Shown piece by piece: positions 23,231 to 34,820 of a stretch of 64,000 nucleotides of DNA. The position numbers and the translations under genes were made by a program. Position 1 is the stretch's first letter, and the number at the start of each line of letters is the position of its first letter. The stretch is from Haliotis cracherodii (lineage: Eukaryota): the NCBI RefSeq assembly GCF_022045235.1, contig NW_027266270.1, positions 9,362,001 to 9,426,000 of the forward strand, given 5' to 3'. Under the pieces are notes generated by a model that was not told the DNA's origin, searched no databases, and was given only the letters and a program-made list of their open reading frames with translations.

Positions 23231-24798
23231 TCATTTGTAGCCCGTGACGATCCGGGAAAGAATCTGTCTTCAGCAACCCATGCTTGTCGTAAGAGGCGAC
23301 CAACGGGATCGGGTTGTCAAGCTCGCTGACTTGGTTGATGCATGTCATCGTATCCCCAGTTGCGTGAATCGATTGTCAAGATATCAATCACTTAATTGTC
23401 TGGTCATTGATTATTTGGAAATCGACATCATACAGCTAAAATATTGTTGAGTGTGTCGCTAAACAACAAACAACATATTTTTTTGATGGTATTCATTTAA
23501 CGTGATATGAGTGAAATATGAGGCACCGAGGACAGTATTTGGTATGAAGGATATATAATTATAGCATCCGTATTTCAATAATATCAGTTGAACATGTATA
23601 GTTGTTTAATCAACACCAGGGTGAGTAAAGGGAAGATGGTTACAATAGATATTAATCACGTACGTTCAATTCGGTATTCCCACTTGTCTGACAACCGCTG
23701 TCATGTTGAAGTAACGTTCAGTCGACTGACCTTAGTTAATCATGGAAGCACAACCACGGGAGTTGACACTTTCATGGAAGCTTTATAATTTAATATGAAA
23801 AAATCAAATAGCTAGGAGAAATTGGACAATTGGTTTTGTTTTGGAGCAGCCATTTACATGTACGACGACTCAAATGATTTCCTGTTTTGTGGAAGAAGAA
23901 GTGTATTCCTCACGGTTTATAAAGAAATGTATGTGTCGATGGAATTATAAGAACAAGTATGAATTAGTCTTTAACAAATATGTCATTCCGGCCCATGAGA
24001 GTCAGCCTTTTAATCATTGCCTTTTATGTCTTTGGGGAGCAATTGCTCCTGTCCTCTTGATTCGTAAAATATGTCTCTGTCGGAAGAATAATAGAAAAAG
24101 AAAATTAATTCATTAACTTGATCGAAAATGTCAATCGCGTCACAAGGAGGCCCCACTCCTTAAAGTACACATATTGTGTCTGAAAACATATACTTCAATG
24201 GTCTGGACGCGGACAGAGAAACTAACCCCCACAGAGTAATGAGAGAAGACGAAATATGTCTCTTGCATGTAGCGTTTATTCAGTTATATCAATTTCCAAT
24301 ATTTCAAATATCAACGTTCATACATTAACATGGTTCATCAAAAAGCGGAAGTAGATTTTATTACGAGGATAGGGGATTCACAAAACCTTAAAGATAGGTT
24401 TTACGCTCTTTGCAAAACCGCAAATGGCATCCCGCACTCACAAACGTTTTGTAATCTAAAAATAACTATTAGTCGTTGCTTTAAACTTTCTGTAACTTCA
24501 AAAAGCAATCTGAATGCTAGTGTTTCTTTCTTCATTTTACTCTTAAGGAGGTCAGGTGTACTTGTTAAGCAACTGCACTGCCTTTCTTGTTGAGGACGTC
24601 GTCCTGGTCCACAAGAAGAGAAGCTTCGTTTGTCGTCACCGTTGTGGACGTAGGAAAACATGGAGTCTTGATATGTTTCTTCAGGAGTACCCCGGTTTCC
24701 TATGACGATTGTTCTTCTTCTGGAAACACTTAAAAACTGGGCGAAATAGGGATACTTAAACTCCAGAACACATTGAGATTCAAGTTCCATACCATCCA
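22365..24798 (-). pseudogene. Ancient decayed paralog of the array BTB gene (remnants of exons 2-4 and possibly BACK)
   Basis: LLFEVTESLKQRLIVIFRLQNVCE aligns ungapped to MMLRSTGDLQDSLSLILNMPDMCD. Acceptors at 24798 (phase 1, VDG vs AEG), 23073 (phase 2, RY) and 22798 mirror the array gene. ISA-SIEY vs LCASVEF; SLLDLILTY vs ALLDLAWTY. Many stops and frameshifts. Confidence 0.6.
23240..23475 (+). mobile_element. SINE-like family C, preceded by (CTAT)n
   Basis: CCCGTGACGATCCGGG...GTCTTCAGCAACCCATGCTTGTCGTAAGAGGCGACC...TAAACAACAAAC. Confidence 0.78.
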
Positions 24799-25558
24799 CT
24801 GAATAAAACAATAATGTTGATACCAAATATTGCCAAAATTAAACATGATATTGATCTTAAAACAACTCGTGGCGAATTCCTCTTTCAGAAAAGCAGATCG
24901 ATGCAATGTTGATCCATAACTACATTGACACTTTTCCTGTAAGTATGCTAATTTTATGAAGGACATAAGGGACGCAAGTGTGCATTAAGAAATTGGGTCC
25001 TCTCGGCCACACCTGTCAACGATGAAAATGAACGGAAATATATTTGATAATATTGAAATATTTTATTTTCTGGAAAAGTAGCAATTCAGATTAAATAACA
25101 GTTCCTGTAATATGAAAATACACGTTCTTGCAGGTATTGTATCTGTTTCATTGTTACAACATGAACGGTCACCTTGCAAGCAAGGTGAAAATGTTAAACT
25201 TAACCAGGTTCATATTTTCTGCCAATATTGTTTAATGAACATAGTAATGCATAACTTGTGTCGCAATGTTTACACACAAGCACACTGACACTGACAAGTA
25301 ACATTAGTACAATGCTATCGTCTTCACACAGAGAGTGTCTTGATGACTTTATCTTCGTCTTCGTCAACCCCAACCTTGTGACGCTCTAAACGTTATGGGA
25401 CTGAGCGACAGTGACTTATGTCTTCCTCTTGGCGTCGTCTTCGTCGTCTTGGACAACAGGCTTGCTGCTGTTGGTTCATCTTCTTGTTGGGAACTGTGAG
25501 TATAGTATGGATATTGATCCTACTGTTTGGAACCTTCTTGTAAGTTCGTTTGCGCTTT

Positions 25559-27054
25559 TCATCTGGTTACACCTGACAGCTGGAAAAGAGTACATTTGCA
25601 AAAATTAGAACCGCAGTAGAGAGTATTTTAATCATGTAATATTCGAAGGTTGTTTTTGGAGTCAAAATTTATCAATCACATTAAGAATCATTTGGGTCCT
25701 TGAAATGTTTCCCAAACGAAATCAATTAATTTTAGCATGCGTGTGGCCCAAGTGAGATCATGGCCAAGAGAACCTGAAGGAAAGTATGTTACATACCTGA
25801 CAGATGAGCTTCTGTGCTGGTCGTTTGTGTTGGTAGGTCCAGGCTAAATCCAGAAGGGCTGGACCATGTCCCTGATTTTGACATCTCTGGACAAACTGCG
25901 TACAGGCCGTTTGTAGGTCGGTGAATCCAAATTCCACAGATGCACAGAGTAATCCTGAAAGATCCGAGGACATATTGTAATGTGTTTGATCAAATATCAT
26001 CAAAAGGGTGAAGTTCATATTATGGATAATTGTCTGTGTTTCGCTCATGTGTCATCAAGATTAGTGGTATGGGGAAATGTTTGTTTTGAAATGAATATCC
26101 CATTTAAACAATTAAAGATAGTGCTTACCAACCACATTGTTAAAATCGAAGTTAGCTTTCCCTGAGTGGACGAATTTGAGGAACGCCCGAAAGTCTCCAA
26201 TCTGGTAGTCAGGAATGCTGATGGTGAGTTTCTGTGCAAAGGCTGAGTCTTTGATCTTTTTGCTCTTTGATCGTTCCAAGGAGGAGTGTTTCTGATGTTG
26301 AAGCAAAAGCTGATATAGGTACCTAGAGAAAAGAAAGAAACAAGTTAAAGACGACATGCATACACAACTAGTAAATGGTCCAAATATTGTTCTCATGTTG
26401 AGTACATTCACAGAGTATAAGAGCCAAACAGGCTCTACTTAAACATGCACTTATTATTGTCCTGACCTTTGTAATGGATTTGATTGTTTTCGAGAATATC
26501 TTACCTGCTTCGTGTAGCCATTATGGCTTTGACTCCATGAACAGGAGCCTTCTCCTTCCCAACGAGAAAGGTGACGTCACACATATCTGGCATGTTGAGG
26601 ATGAGGGAGAGGCTGTCCTGTAAGTCCCCTGTGCTTCTAAGCATCATGACGTCACCCCGACCGGAGGACTGTGAGGGGTGAGAGCGGCCTTGTGATGGGT
26701 TGGAACTGGATTGGCTGAACGATCTTGATTTTGAGGTCGTGCTCACGCCTTCATCAGAGGAGTAGTCGCTTGAGTCATAGCCTGACGAGGTACCTTCAGC
26801 TGGAATAAGAAAAGAAATCAGTTATGAAACAATATTCAGTTTGTTGCAAATGTTATTAAAGCTGAGTGGTGTTTGATGAACAGAACGGGTAGTTGAAATA
26901 TACTTTGAATAAAAACAACACCAATGAATTATTATCCTGATGTGATAAAAGTGAATAGTGCAAATGTCTCACCGTCTGCGTCATGACCACTGTGGTCAAT
27001 AGTTTCCATGGCCGAAGAGTCCAGAAGACAAAGTCGGGAATCGTAATGATTCAT
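25559..27054 (-). CDS. BTB/POZ protein, serine-enriched protein (gprs)-like, copy 1; 249 aa, 5 exons (27054-26973, 26799-26505, 26322-26129, 25954-25797, 25579-25559)
   Basis: All introns GT-AG with consistent phases (1,2,1,0); total 750 nt. BTB motifs LNMPDMCDVTFLVG..VHGVKAIMATRSRY, IPDY..FRAFLKFVHSG, LLCASVEFGFTDLQTAC. Upstream TATA box. Exon 5 (LSGVTR*) is the least certain. Confidence 0.85.
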
Positions 27055-27192
27055 GTTACTTGTTGTTAGATCTAATTAAGAATGAAAGACAGAACTGATA
27101 TTTGGCTAAATTCGACGAATCTAAAGAGCTAAGTATGTATCTCGATGTAATGTTTCCAAGAGTGGAATGCCTTCTTCCTGTAACAGAACAGC

Positions 27193-27345
27193 TTTATACC
27201 TTTGCGTATCACAACACAAACGACAGGGTCATTACTACAACTACATGTCACGATTAATTCAATGTTGACATGAAGGCTTTTGCTTAGCACACTTAGCTAG
27301 TGGCACGTGCTGCACTTGTGAATGAGATGACATCACGTGACCAAT
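27193..27345 (-). promoter_or_regulatory. Core promoter of the BTB gene (repeated in each unit)
   Basis: Minus-strand TATAAA at 27198-27193, ~140 bp above the ATG. CACGTG E-boxes at 27304-27309 and 27334-27339 (GGTCACGTGA context). CCAAT at 27341-27345. Confidence 0.6.
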
Positions 27346-28589
27346 CTAGCCGTAAGTGTTCTAGGGTAATGTCGTTAGTTGTCAAAACATCGACATAATA
27401 TAATTAGGATGATAATGTGTTTCAGGCGTTTGATTATTTAAGGATTTACGATATCCGTGTTCATTTGCCGGTGTTAATTGGTATCTTGTTATAAAGCATC
27501 CATTTGTACACAAGTTAGATTTGATATGAGTGGAACTTTTATATGCTCGTGATGTAGATGTAGTTACAGAATGTTGGTGGAATTATACACTATATATCTG
27601 TATAAATATGTGAAACTTACTTGCACTTGAAATATAGATGTTTAGGGTTATAGTTTCCACTGACTAAAGACAGTCATTGTGATTTCCTTATTGATGTATA
27701 ATTGAACTAAAATAGTTCTGTTATTGAACTGTGTATAAACATAACTGATAGTTTTTTGTTTCACTTTTCCTAAGTGCAAGTGTGACAACCAAAAGTTAGA
27801 GTGTCAAATGTTGAAAGGGAGTGTTTTTATTTCTGGTGTGTGTATATGACACCCTGCTGTTTCCTTACAATTTGTGTCAGCCAAAGTCAATTCACCGTGT
27901 CACTCTTCAGGCAAAGAGTTTGCTAAACTGAACTTTATTGTACTCGGGATTACTCGTGACACATGACCACATGATTTGAAACTGAGCGGAGGCGCAACGA
28001 TTTGTTGATTAGAGGGCTTGGCTATAGATGATATACTCAGCGATGTGTATTTGTTTAATCATAATGGAATGTGTGATTGTACGGTTGCTGACAGACGTTG
28101 TAGACAGGCTAGTCAAGTGGTACATGTTTGCATTTGAATTGACTGGCAATCAAGGCAGTTTGAGGAACAAACTTGCAACATATCACTAGAACCTATGCGC
28201 TCACTGCTTCTGCACTTATATCCCATGCTGTATAGCTTGTAATGGATTGGCATCAACATAAGATATAGGCTTGTTTGCCAATCCAGTTGGATTTCAAGAA
28301 ATAACTTTGTTTCAACTACTCTTAACTAAGCATTAACATCAAGCCTAATGAAGGCTTTAACTTTCCACAATTTCTAATTATGGTTACATGCACGCTCACA
28401 AAAAATCTTTTGTGTTGTATTGTCTCATTCGAACAGTTGAAACATTAGAGTTCATTGCAATTTACATGTGAGACATACATCACACCTAATTATATACAAA
28501 TGAGCTAATGAGTTCTTTTGATGAAGGAAGCTCTTTGCAGGTACAATTGGCACCAATATGTTCTTTATTTATAAGATAAAATATGCAGT

Positions 28590-28790
28590 ATGTCATGTAA
28601 ATGTGGGAGGAAAGCCGATAATGGTGCACAACTTTGGTGAAACCGATGTGCAGGGTTTATTGCTGGCAAAATGAGAATCATAATCAGAGCTGATCTAGAT
28701 TCAAACCAACAACCACAGGATTCTGGGCCGTCTAAAGGACGCAAGTGTGCATTAAGGAATGCGGCTCTCTAGGCCACACTTGTTAACGAT
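28590..28790 (-). mobile_element. Old SINE family B relic inside the repeat-unit spacer (present in every unit)
   Basis: ATGTGGGAGGAAAGCC, CTTTGGTGAAACC, GATTCAAACC and GGACGCAAGTGTGCA follow the same order as the SINE B at 9660-9850. Confidence 0.65.
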
Positions 28791-29431
28791 GAAACTGAAC
28801 GGAAACATATTTTGTATTGTTGAAATATTTTATTTTCTGGACAAATCGCAATTCAGATAAAACCGCAGTTCCTGTAATGCTCAGTGTAATCTATTATATG
28901 ATAATACACGTTCTTGCAGGTATTGTATCTGTTTCATTGTTACAACATGAACGGTCACCTTGCAAGCAAGGTGAAAATGTTAAACTTAACCAGGTTCATA
29001 TTTTCTGCCAATATTGTTTAATGAACATAGTAATGTATAACTTGTGTCGCAATGTTTACACACAAGCACACTGACACTGACAAGTAAGATTAGTACAATG
29101 ACACTGTTAAGTACGTGTCGGTATGCTTTGTTCCTTCACATAAACAACAACGTACAATGTGCAAGTCAAGCATCATGTCTGACAATGCTATCGTCTTCAC
29201 ACAGAGAGTGTCTTGATGACTTTATCTTCGTCTTCGTCAACCCCAACCTTGTGACGCTCTAAACGTTATGGGACTGAGCGACAGTGACTTATGTCTTCTT
29301 CTTGGCGTCGTCTTCGTCGTCTTGGACAACAGGCTTGCTGCTGTTGGTTCATCCTCTTGTTGGGAACTGTGAGTATAGTATGGATATTGATCCTACTGTT
29401 TGGAACCTTCTTGTAAGTTCGTTTGCGCTTT

Positions 29432-30927
29432 TCATCTGGTTACACCTGACAGCTGGAAAAGAGTACATTTGCAAAAATTAGAACCGCAGTAGAGAGTATT
29501 TTAATCATGTAATATTCGAAGGTTGTTTTTGGAGTCAAAATTTATCAATCACATTAAGAATCATTTGGGTCCTTGAAATGTTTCCCAAACGAAATCAATT
29601 AATTTTAGCATGCGTGTGGCCCAAGTGAGATCATGGCCAAGAGAACCTGAAGGAAAGTATGTTACATACCTGACAGATGAGCTTCTGTGCTGGTCGTTTG
29701 TGTTGGTAGGTCCAGGCTAAATCCAGAAGGGCTGGACCATGTCCCTGATTTTGACATCTCTGGACAAACTGCGTACAGGCCGTTTGTAGGTCGGTGAATC
29801 CAAATTCCACAGATGCACAGAGTAATCCTGAAAGATCCGAGGACATATTGTAATGTGTTTGATCAAATATCATCAAAAGGGTGAAGTTCATATTATGGAT
29901 AATTGTCTGTGTTTCGCTCATGTGTCATCAAGATTAGTGGTATGGGGAAATTTTTGTGTTGAAATGAATATCCCATTTAAACAATTAAAGATAGTACTTA
30001 CCAACCACATTGTTAAAATCGATGTTAGCTTTCCCTGAGTGGACGAATTTGAGGAACGCCCGAAAGTCTCCAATCTGGTAGTCAGGAATGCTGATGGTGA
30101 GTTTCTGTGCAAAGGCTGAGTCTTTGATCTTTTTGCTCTTTGATCGTTCCAAGGAGGAGTGTTTCTGATGTTGAAGCAAAAGCTGATATAGGTACCTAGA
30201 GAAAAGAAAGAAACAAGTTAAAGACGACATGCATACACAACTAGTAAATGGTCCAAATATTGTTCTCATGTTGAGTACATTCACAGAGTATAAGAGCCAA
30301 ACAGGCTCTACTTAAACATGCACTTATTATTGTCCTGACCTTTGTAATGGATTTGATTGTTTTCGAGAATATCTTACCTGCTTCGTGTAGCCATTATGGC
30401 TTTGACTCCATGAACAGGAGCCTTCTCCTTCCCAACGAGAAAGGTGACGTCACACATCTCTGGCATGTTGAGGATGAGGGAGAGGCTGTCCTGTAAGTCC
30501 CCTGTGCTTCTAAGCATCATGACGTCACCCCGACCGGAGGACTGTGAGGGGTGAGAGCGGCCTTGTGATGGGTTGGAACTGGATTGGCTGAACGATCTTG
30601 ATTTTGAGGTCGTGCTCACGCCTTCATCAGAGGAGTAGTCGCTTGAGTCATAGCCTGACGAGGTACCTTCAGCTGGAATAAGAAAAGAAATCAGTTATGA
30701 AACAATATTCAGTTTGTTGCAAATGTTATTAAAGCTGAGTGGTGTTTGATGAACAGAACGGGTAGTTGAAATATACTTTGAATAAAAACAACACCAATGA
30801 ATTATTATCCTGATGTGATAAAAGTGAATAGTGCAAATGTCTCACCGTCTGCGTCATGACCACTGTGGTCAATAGTTTCCATGGCCGAAGAGTCCAGAAG
30901 ACAAAGTCGGGAATCGTAATGATTCAT
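29432..30927 (-). CDS. BTB/POZ gprs-like protein, copy 2 (249 aa; PEMCD variant)
   Basis: Same 5-exon structure and splice sites as copy 1; no disruption seen. Confidence 0.85.
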
Positions 30928-33324
30928 GTTACTTGTTGTTAGATCTAATTAAGAATGAAAGACAGAACTGATATTTGGCTAAATTCGACGAATCTAAAGA
31001 GCTAAGTATGTACCTCGATGTAATGTTTCCAAGAGTGGAATGCCTTCTTCCTGTAACAGAACAGCTTTATACCTTTGCGTATCACAACACAAACGACAGG
31101 GTCATTACTACAACTACATGTCACGATTAATTCAATGTTGACATGAAGGCTTCAGCTTAGCACATTTAGCTAGTGGCACGTGCTGCACTTGTGAATGAGA
31201 TGACATCACGTGACCAATCTAGCCGTAAGTGTGCTACGGTAATGTCGTTTGTTGTCAAAACATCGACACAATATAATTAGGATGATAATGTGTTTCAGGT
31301 GTTTGATTATTTAAGGATTTACGATATCTGTGTTCATTTGCCGGTGTTAATTGGTATCTTGTTATAAAGCATCCATTTGTACACAAGTTAGATTTGATAT
31401 GAGTGGAACTTTTATATGCCCGTGATGTAGATGTAGTTACAGAATGTTGGTGGAATTATACACTATATATCTGTATAAATATGTGAAACTTACTTGCACT
31501 TGAAATATAGATGTTTAGGGTTATAGTTTCCACTGACTGAAGACAGTCATTATGATTTCCTTATTGATGTATAATTGAACTAAAATAGTTCTGTTATTGA
31601 ACTGTGTATAAACATAACTGATAGTTTTTTGTTTCACTTTTCCTAAGTGCAAGTGTGACAACACAAAGTTAGAGTGTCAAATGTTGAAAGAGAGTGTTTT
31701 TATTTCTGGTGTGTGTATATGACACCCTGCTGTTTCCTTACAATTTGTGTCAGTCAAAGTCAATTCACCGTGTCACTCTTCAGGCAAAGAGTTTGCTAAA
31801 CTGAACTTTATTGTACTCGGGATTACTCGTGACACATGACCACATGATTTGAAACTGAGCGGAGGCGCAACGATTTGTTGATTAGAGGGCTTGGCTATAG
31901 ATGATATACTCAGCGATGTGTATTTGTTTAATCATAATGGAATGTGTGATTGTACGGTTGCTGATAGACGTTGTAGACAGGCTAGTCAAGTGGTACATGT
32001 TTGCATTTGAATTGACTGGCAATCAAGGCAGTTTGAGGAACAAACTTGCAACATATCACTAGAACCTTTGCGCTCACTGCTTCTGCACTTATATCCCATG
32101 CTGTATAGCTTTTAATGGATTGGCATCAACATAAGACATGGGCTTGTTTGCCAATCCAGTTGGATTTCAAGAAATAACTTTGTTTCAACTACTCTTAACT
32201 AAGCATTAACATCAAGCCTAATGAAGGCTTTAACTTTCCACAATTTCTAATTATGGTTACATGCACGCTCACAAAAAAATCTTTTGTGTTGTATTGTCTC
32301 ATTCGAACAGTTGAAACATTAAAGTTCATTGCAATTTACATGTGAGACATACATCACACCTAATTATATACAAATGAGCTAATGACATTAACATGCGTGT
32401 TCAAGTTCTTTTGATGAAGGAAGCTCTTTGCAGGTACAATTGGCACCAATATGTTCTTTATTTATAAGATAAAATATGCAGTATGTCATGTAAATGTGGG
32501 AGGAAAGCCGATAATGGTGCACAACTTTGGTGAAACCGATGTGCAGGGTTTATTGCTGGCAAACTGAGAATCATAATCAGAGCTGATCTAGATTCAAACC
32601 AACAACCACAGGATTCTGGGCCGTCTAAAGGACGCAAGTGTGCATTAAGAAATGCGGCGCTCTAGGCCACACTTGTTAACGATGAAACTGAACGGAAACA
32701 TATTTTGTATTGTTGAAATATTTTATTTTCTGGACAAATCGCAATTCAGATAAAATCGCAGTTCCTGTAATGCTCAGTGTAATCTATTATATGATAATAC
32801 ACGTTCTTGCAGGTATTGTATATGTTTCATTGTTACAACATGAACGGTCACCTTGCAAGCAAGGTGAAAATGTTAAACTTAACCAGGTTCATATTTTCTG
32901 CCAATATTGTTTAATGAACATAGTAATGTATAACTTGTGTCGCAATGTTTACACACAAGCACACTGACACTGACGAGTAACATTAGTACAATGACACTGT
33001 TAAGTACGTGTCGGTATGCTTTGTTCCTTCACATAAACAACAACGTACAATGTGCAAGTCAAGCATCATGTCTGACAATGCTATCGTCTTCACACAGAGA
33101 GTGTCTTGATGACTTTATCTTCGTCTTCGTCAACCCCAACCTTGTGACGCTCTAAACGTTATGGGACTGAGCGACAGTGACTTATGTCTTCTTTTTGGCG
33201 TCGTCTTCGTCGTCTTGGACAACAGGCTTGCTGCTGTTGGTTCATCCTCTTGTTGGGAACTGTGAGTATAGTATGGATATTGATCCTACTGTTTGGAACC
33301 TTCTAGTGAGTTCGGTTGCGCTTT

Positions 33325-34820
33325 TCATCTGGTTACACCTGACAGCTGGAAAAGAGTACATTTGCAAAAATTAGAACCGCAGTAGAGAGTATTTTAATCA
33401 TGTAATATTCGAAGGTTGTTTTTGGAGTCAAAATTTATCAATCACATTAAGAATCATTTGGGTCCTTGAAATGTTTCCCAAACGAAATCAATTAATTTTA
33501 GCATGCGTGTGGCCCAAGTGAGATCATGGCCAAGAGAACCTGAAGGAAAGTATGTTACATACCTGACAGATGAGCTTCTGTGCTGGTCGTTTGTGTTGGT
33601 AGGTCCAGGCTAAATCCAGAAGGGCTGGACCATGTCCCTGATTTTGACATCTCTGGACAAACTGCGTACAGGCCGTTTGTAGGTCGGTGAATCCAAATTC
33701 CACAGATGCACAGAGTAATCCTGAAAGATCCGAGGACATATTGTAATGTGTTTGATCAAATATCATCAAAAGGGTGAAGTTCATATTATGGATAATTGTC
33801 TGTGTTTCGCTCATGTGTCATCAAGATTAGTGGTATGGGGAAATTTTTGTGTTGAAATGAATATGCCATTTAAACAATTAAAGATAGTACTTACCAACCA
33901 CATTGTTAAAATCGATGTTAGCTTTCCCTGAGTGGACGAATTTGAGGAACGCCCGAAAGTCTCCAATCTGGTAGTCAGGAATGCTGATGGTGAGTTTCTG
34001 TGCAAAGGCTGAGTCTTTGATCTTTTTGCTCTTTGATCGTTCCAAGGAGGAGTGTTTCTGATGTTGAAGCAAAAGCTGATATAGGTACCTAGAGAAAAGA
34101 AAGAAACAAGTTAAAGACGACATGCATACACAACTAGTAAATGGTCCAAATATTGTTCTCATGTTGAGTAAATTCACAGAGTATAAGAGCCAAACAGGCT
34201 CTACTTAAACATGCACTTATTATTGTCCTGACCTTTGTAATGGATTTGATTGTTTTCGAGAATATCTTACCTGCTTCGTGTAGCCATTATGGCTTTGACT
34301 CCATGAACAGGAGCCTTCTCCTTCCCAACGAGAAAGGTGACGTCACACATATCTGGCATGTTGAGGATGAGGGAGAGGCTGTCCTGTAAGTCCCCTGTGC
34401 TTCTAAGCATCATGACGTCTCCCCGACCGGAGGACTGTGTAGGGTGAGTGCGGCCTTGTGATGGGTTGGAACTGGATTGGCTGAACGATCTTGATTTTGA
34501 GGTCGCGCTCACGCCTTCATCAGAGGAGTAGTCGCTTGAGTCATAGCCTGACGAGGTACCTTCAGCTGGAATAAGAAAAGAAATCAGTTATGAAACAATA
34601 TTCAGTTTGTTGCAAATGTTATTAATGCTGAGTGGTGTTTGATGAACAGAACGGGTAGTTGAAATATACTTTGAATAAAAACAACACCAATGAATTATTA
34701 TCCTGATGTGATAAAAGTGAATAGTGCAAATGACTCACCGTCTGCGTCATGACCACTGTGGTCAATAGTTTCCATGGCCGAAGAGTCCAGAAGACAAAGT
34801 CGGGAATCGTAATGATTCAT
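33325..34820 (-). CDS. BTB/POZ gprs-like protein, copy 3 (249 aa)
   Basis: Same structure; SATSK and GRTHPTQ variant. Confidence 0.85.

Noticed and set aside
25330-25558. Longer coding extension of exon 5 (e.g. QDDEDDAKKK or RRRRRR frames)
   Set aside because: Not reachable in phase from exon 4. Each frame is closed by stops, and the early TGA is conserved in copy 10. Treated as 3' UTR.
27280-27350. Helitron-type rolling-circle origin of the array (CTAG motifs near the homogenisation boundary)
   Set aside because: No convincing subterminal GC hairpin, 5' TC end or Rep/helicase. Diverged flanking paralogs and mosaic SNPs fit unequal crossover better.
25411-29262. Recurrent plus-strand 61-85 aa ORFs in each unit
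   Set aside because: Antisense to exons or UTR, mostly non-ATG starts, no motifs; they recur only because the DNA is duplicated.
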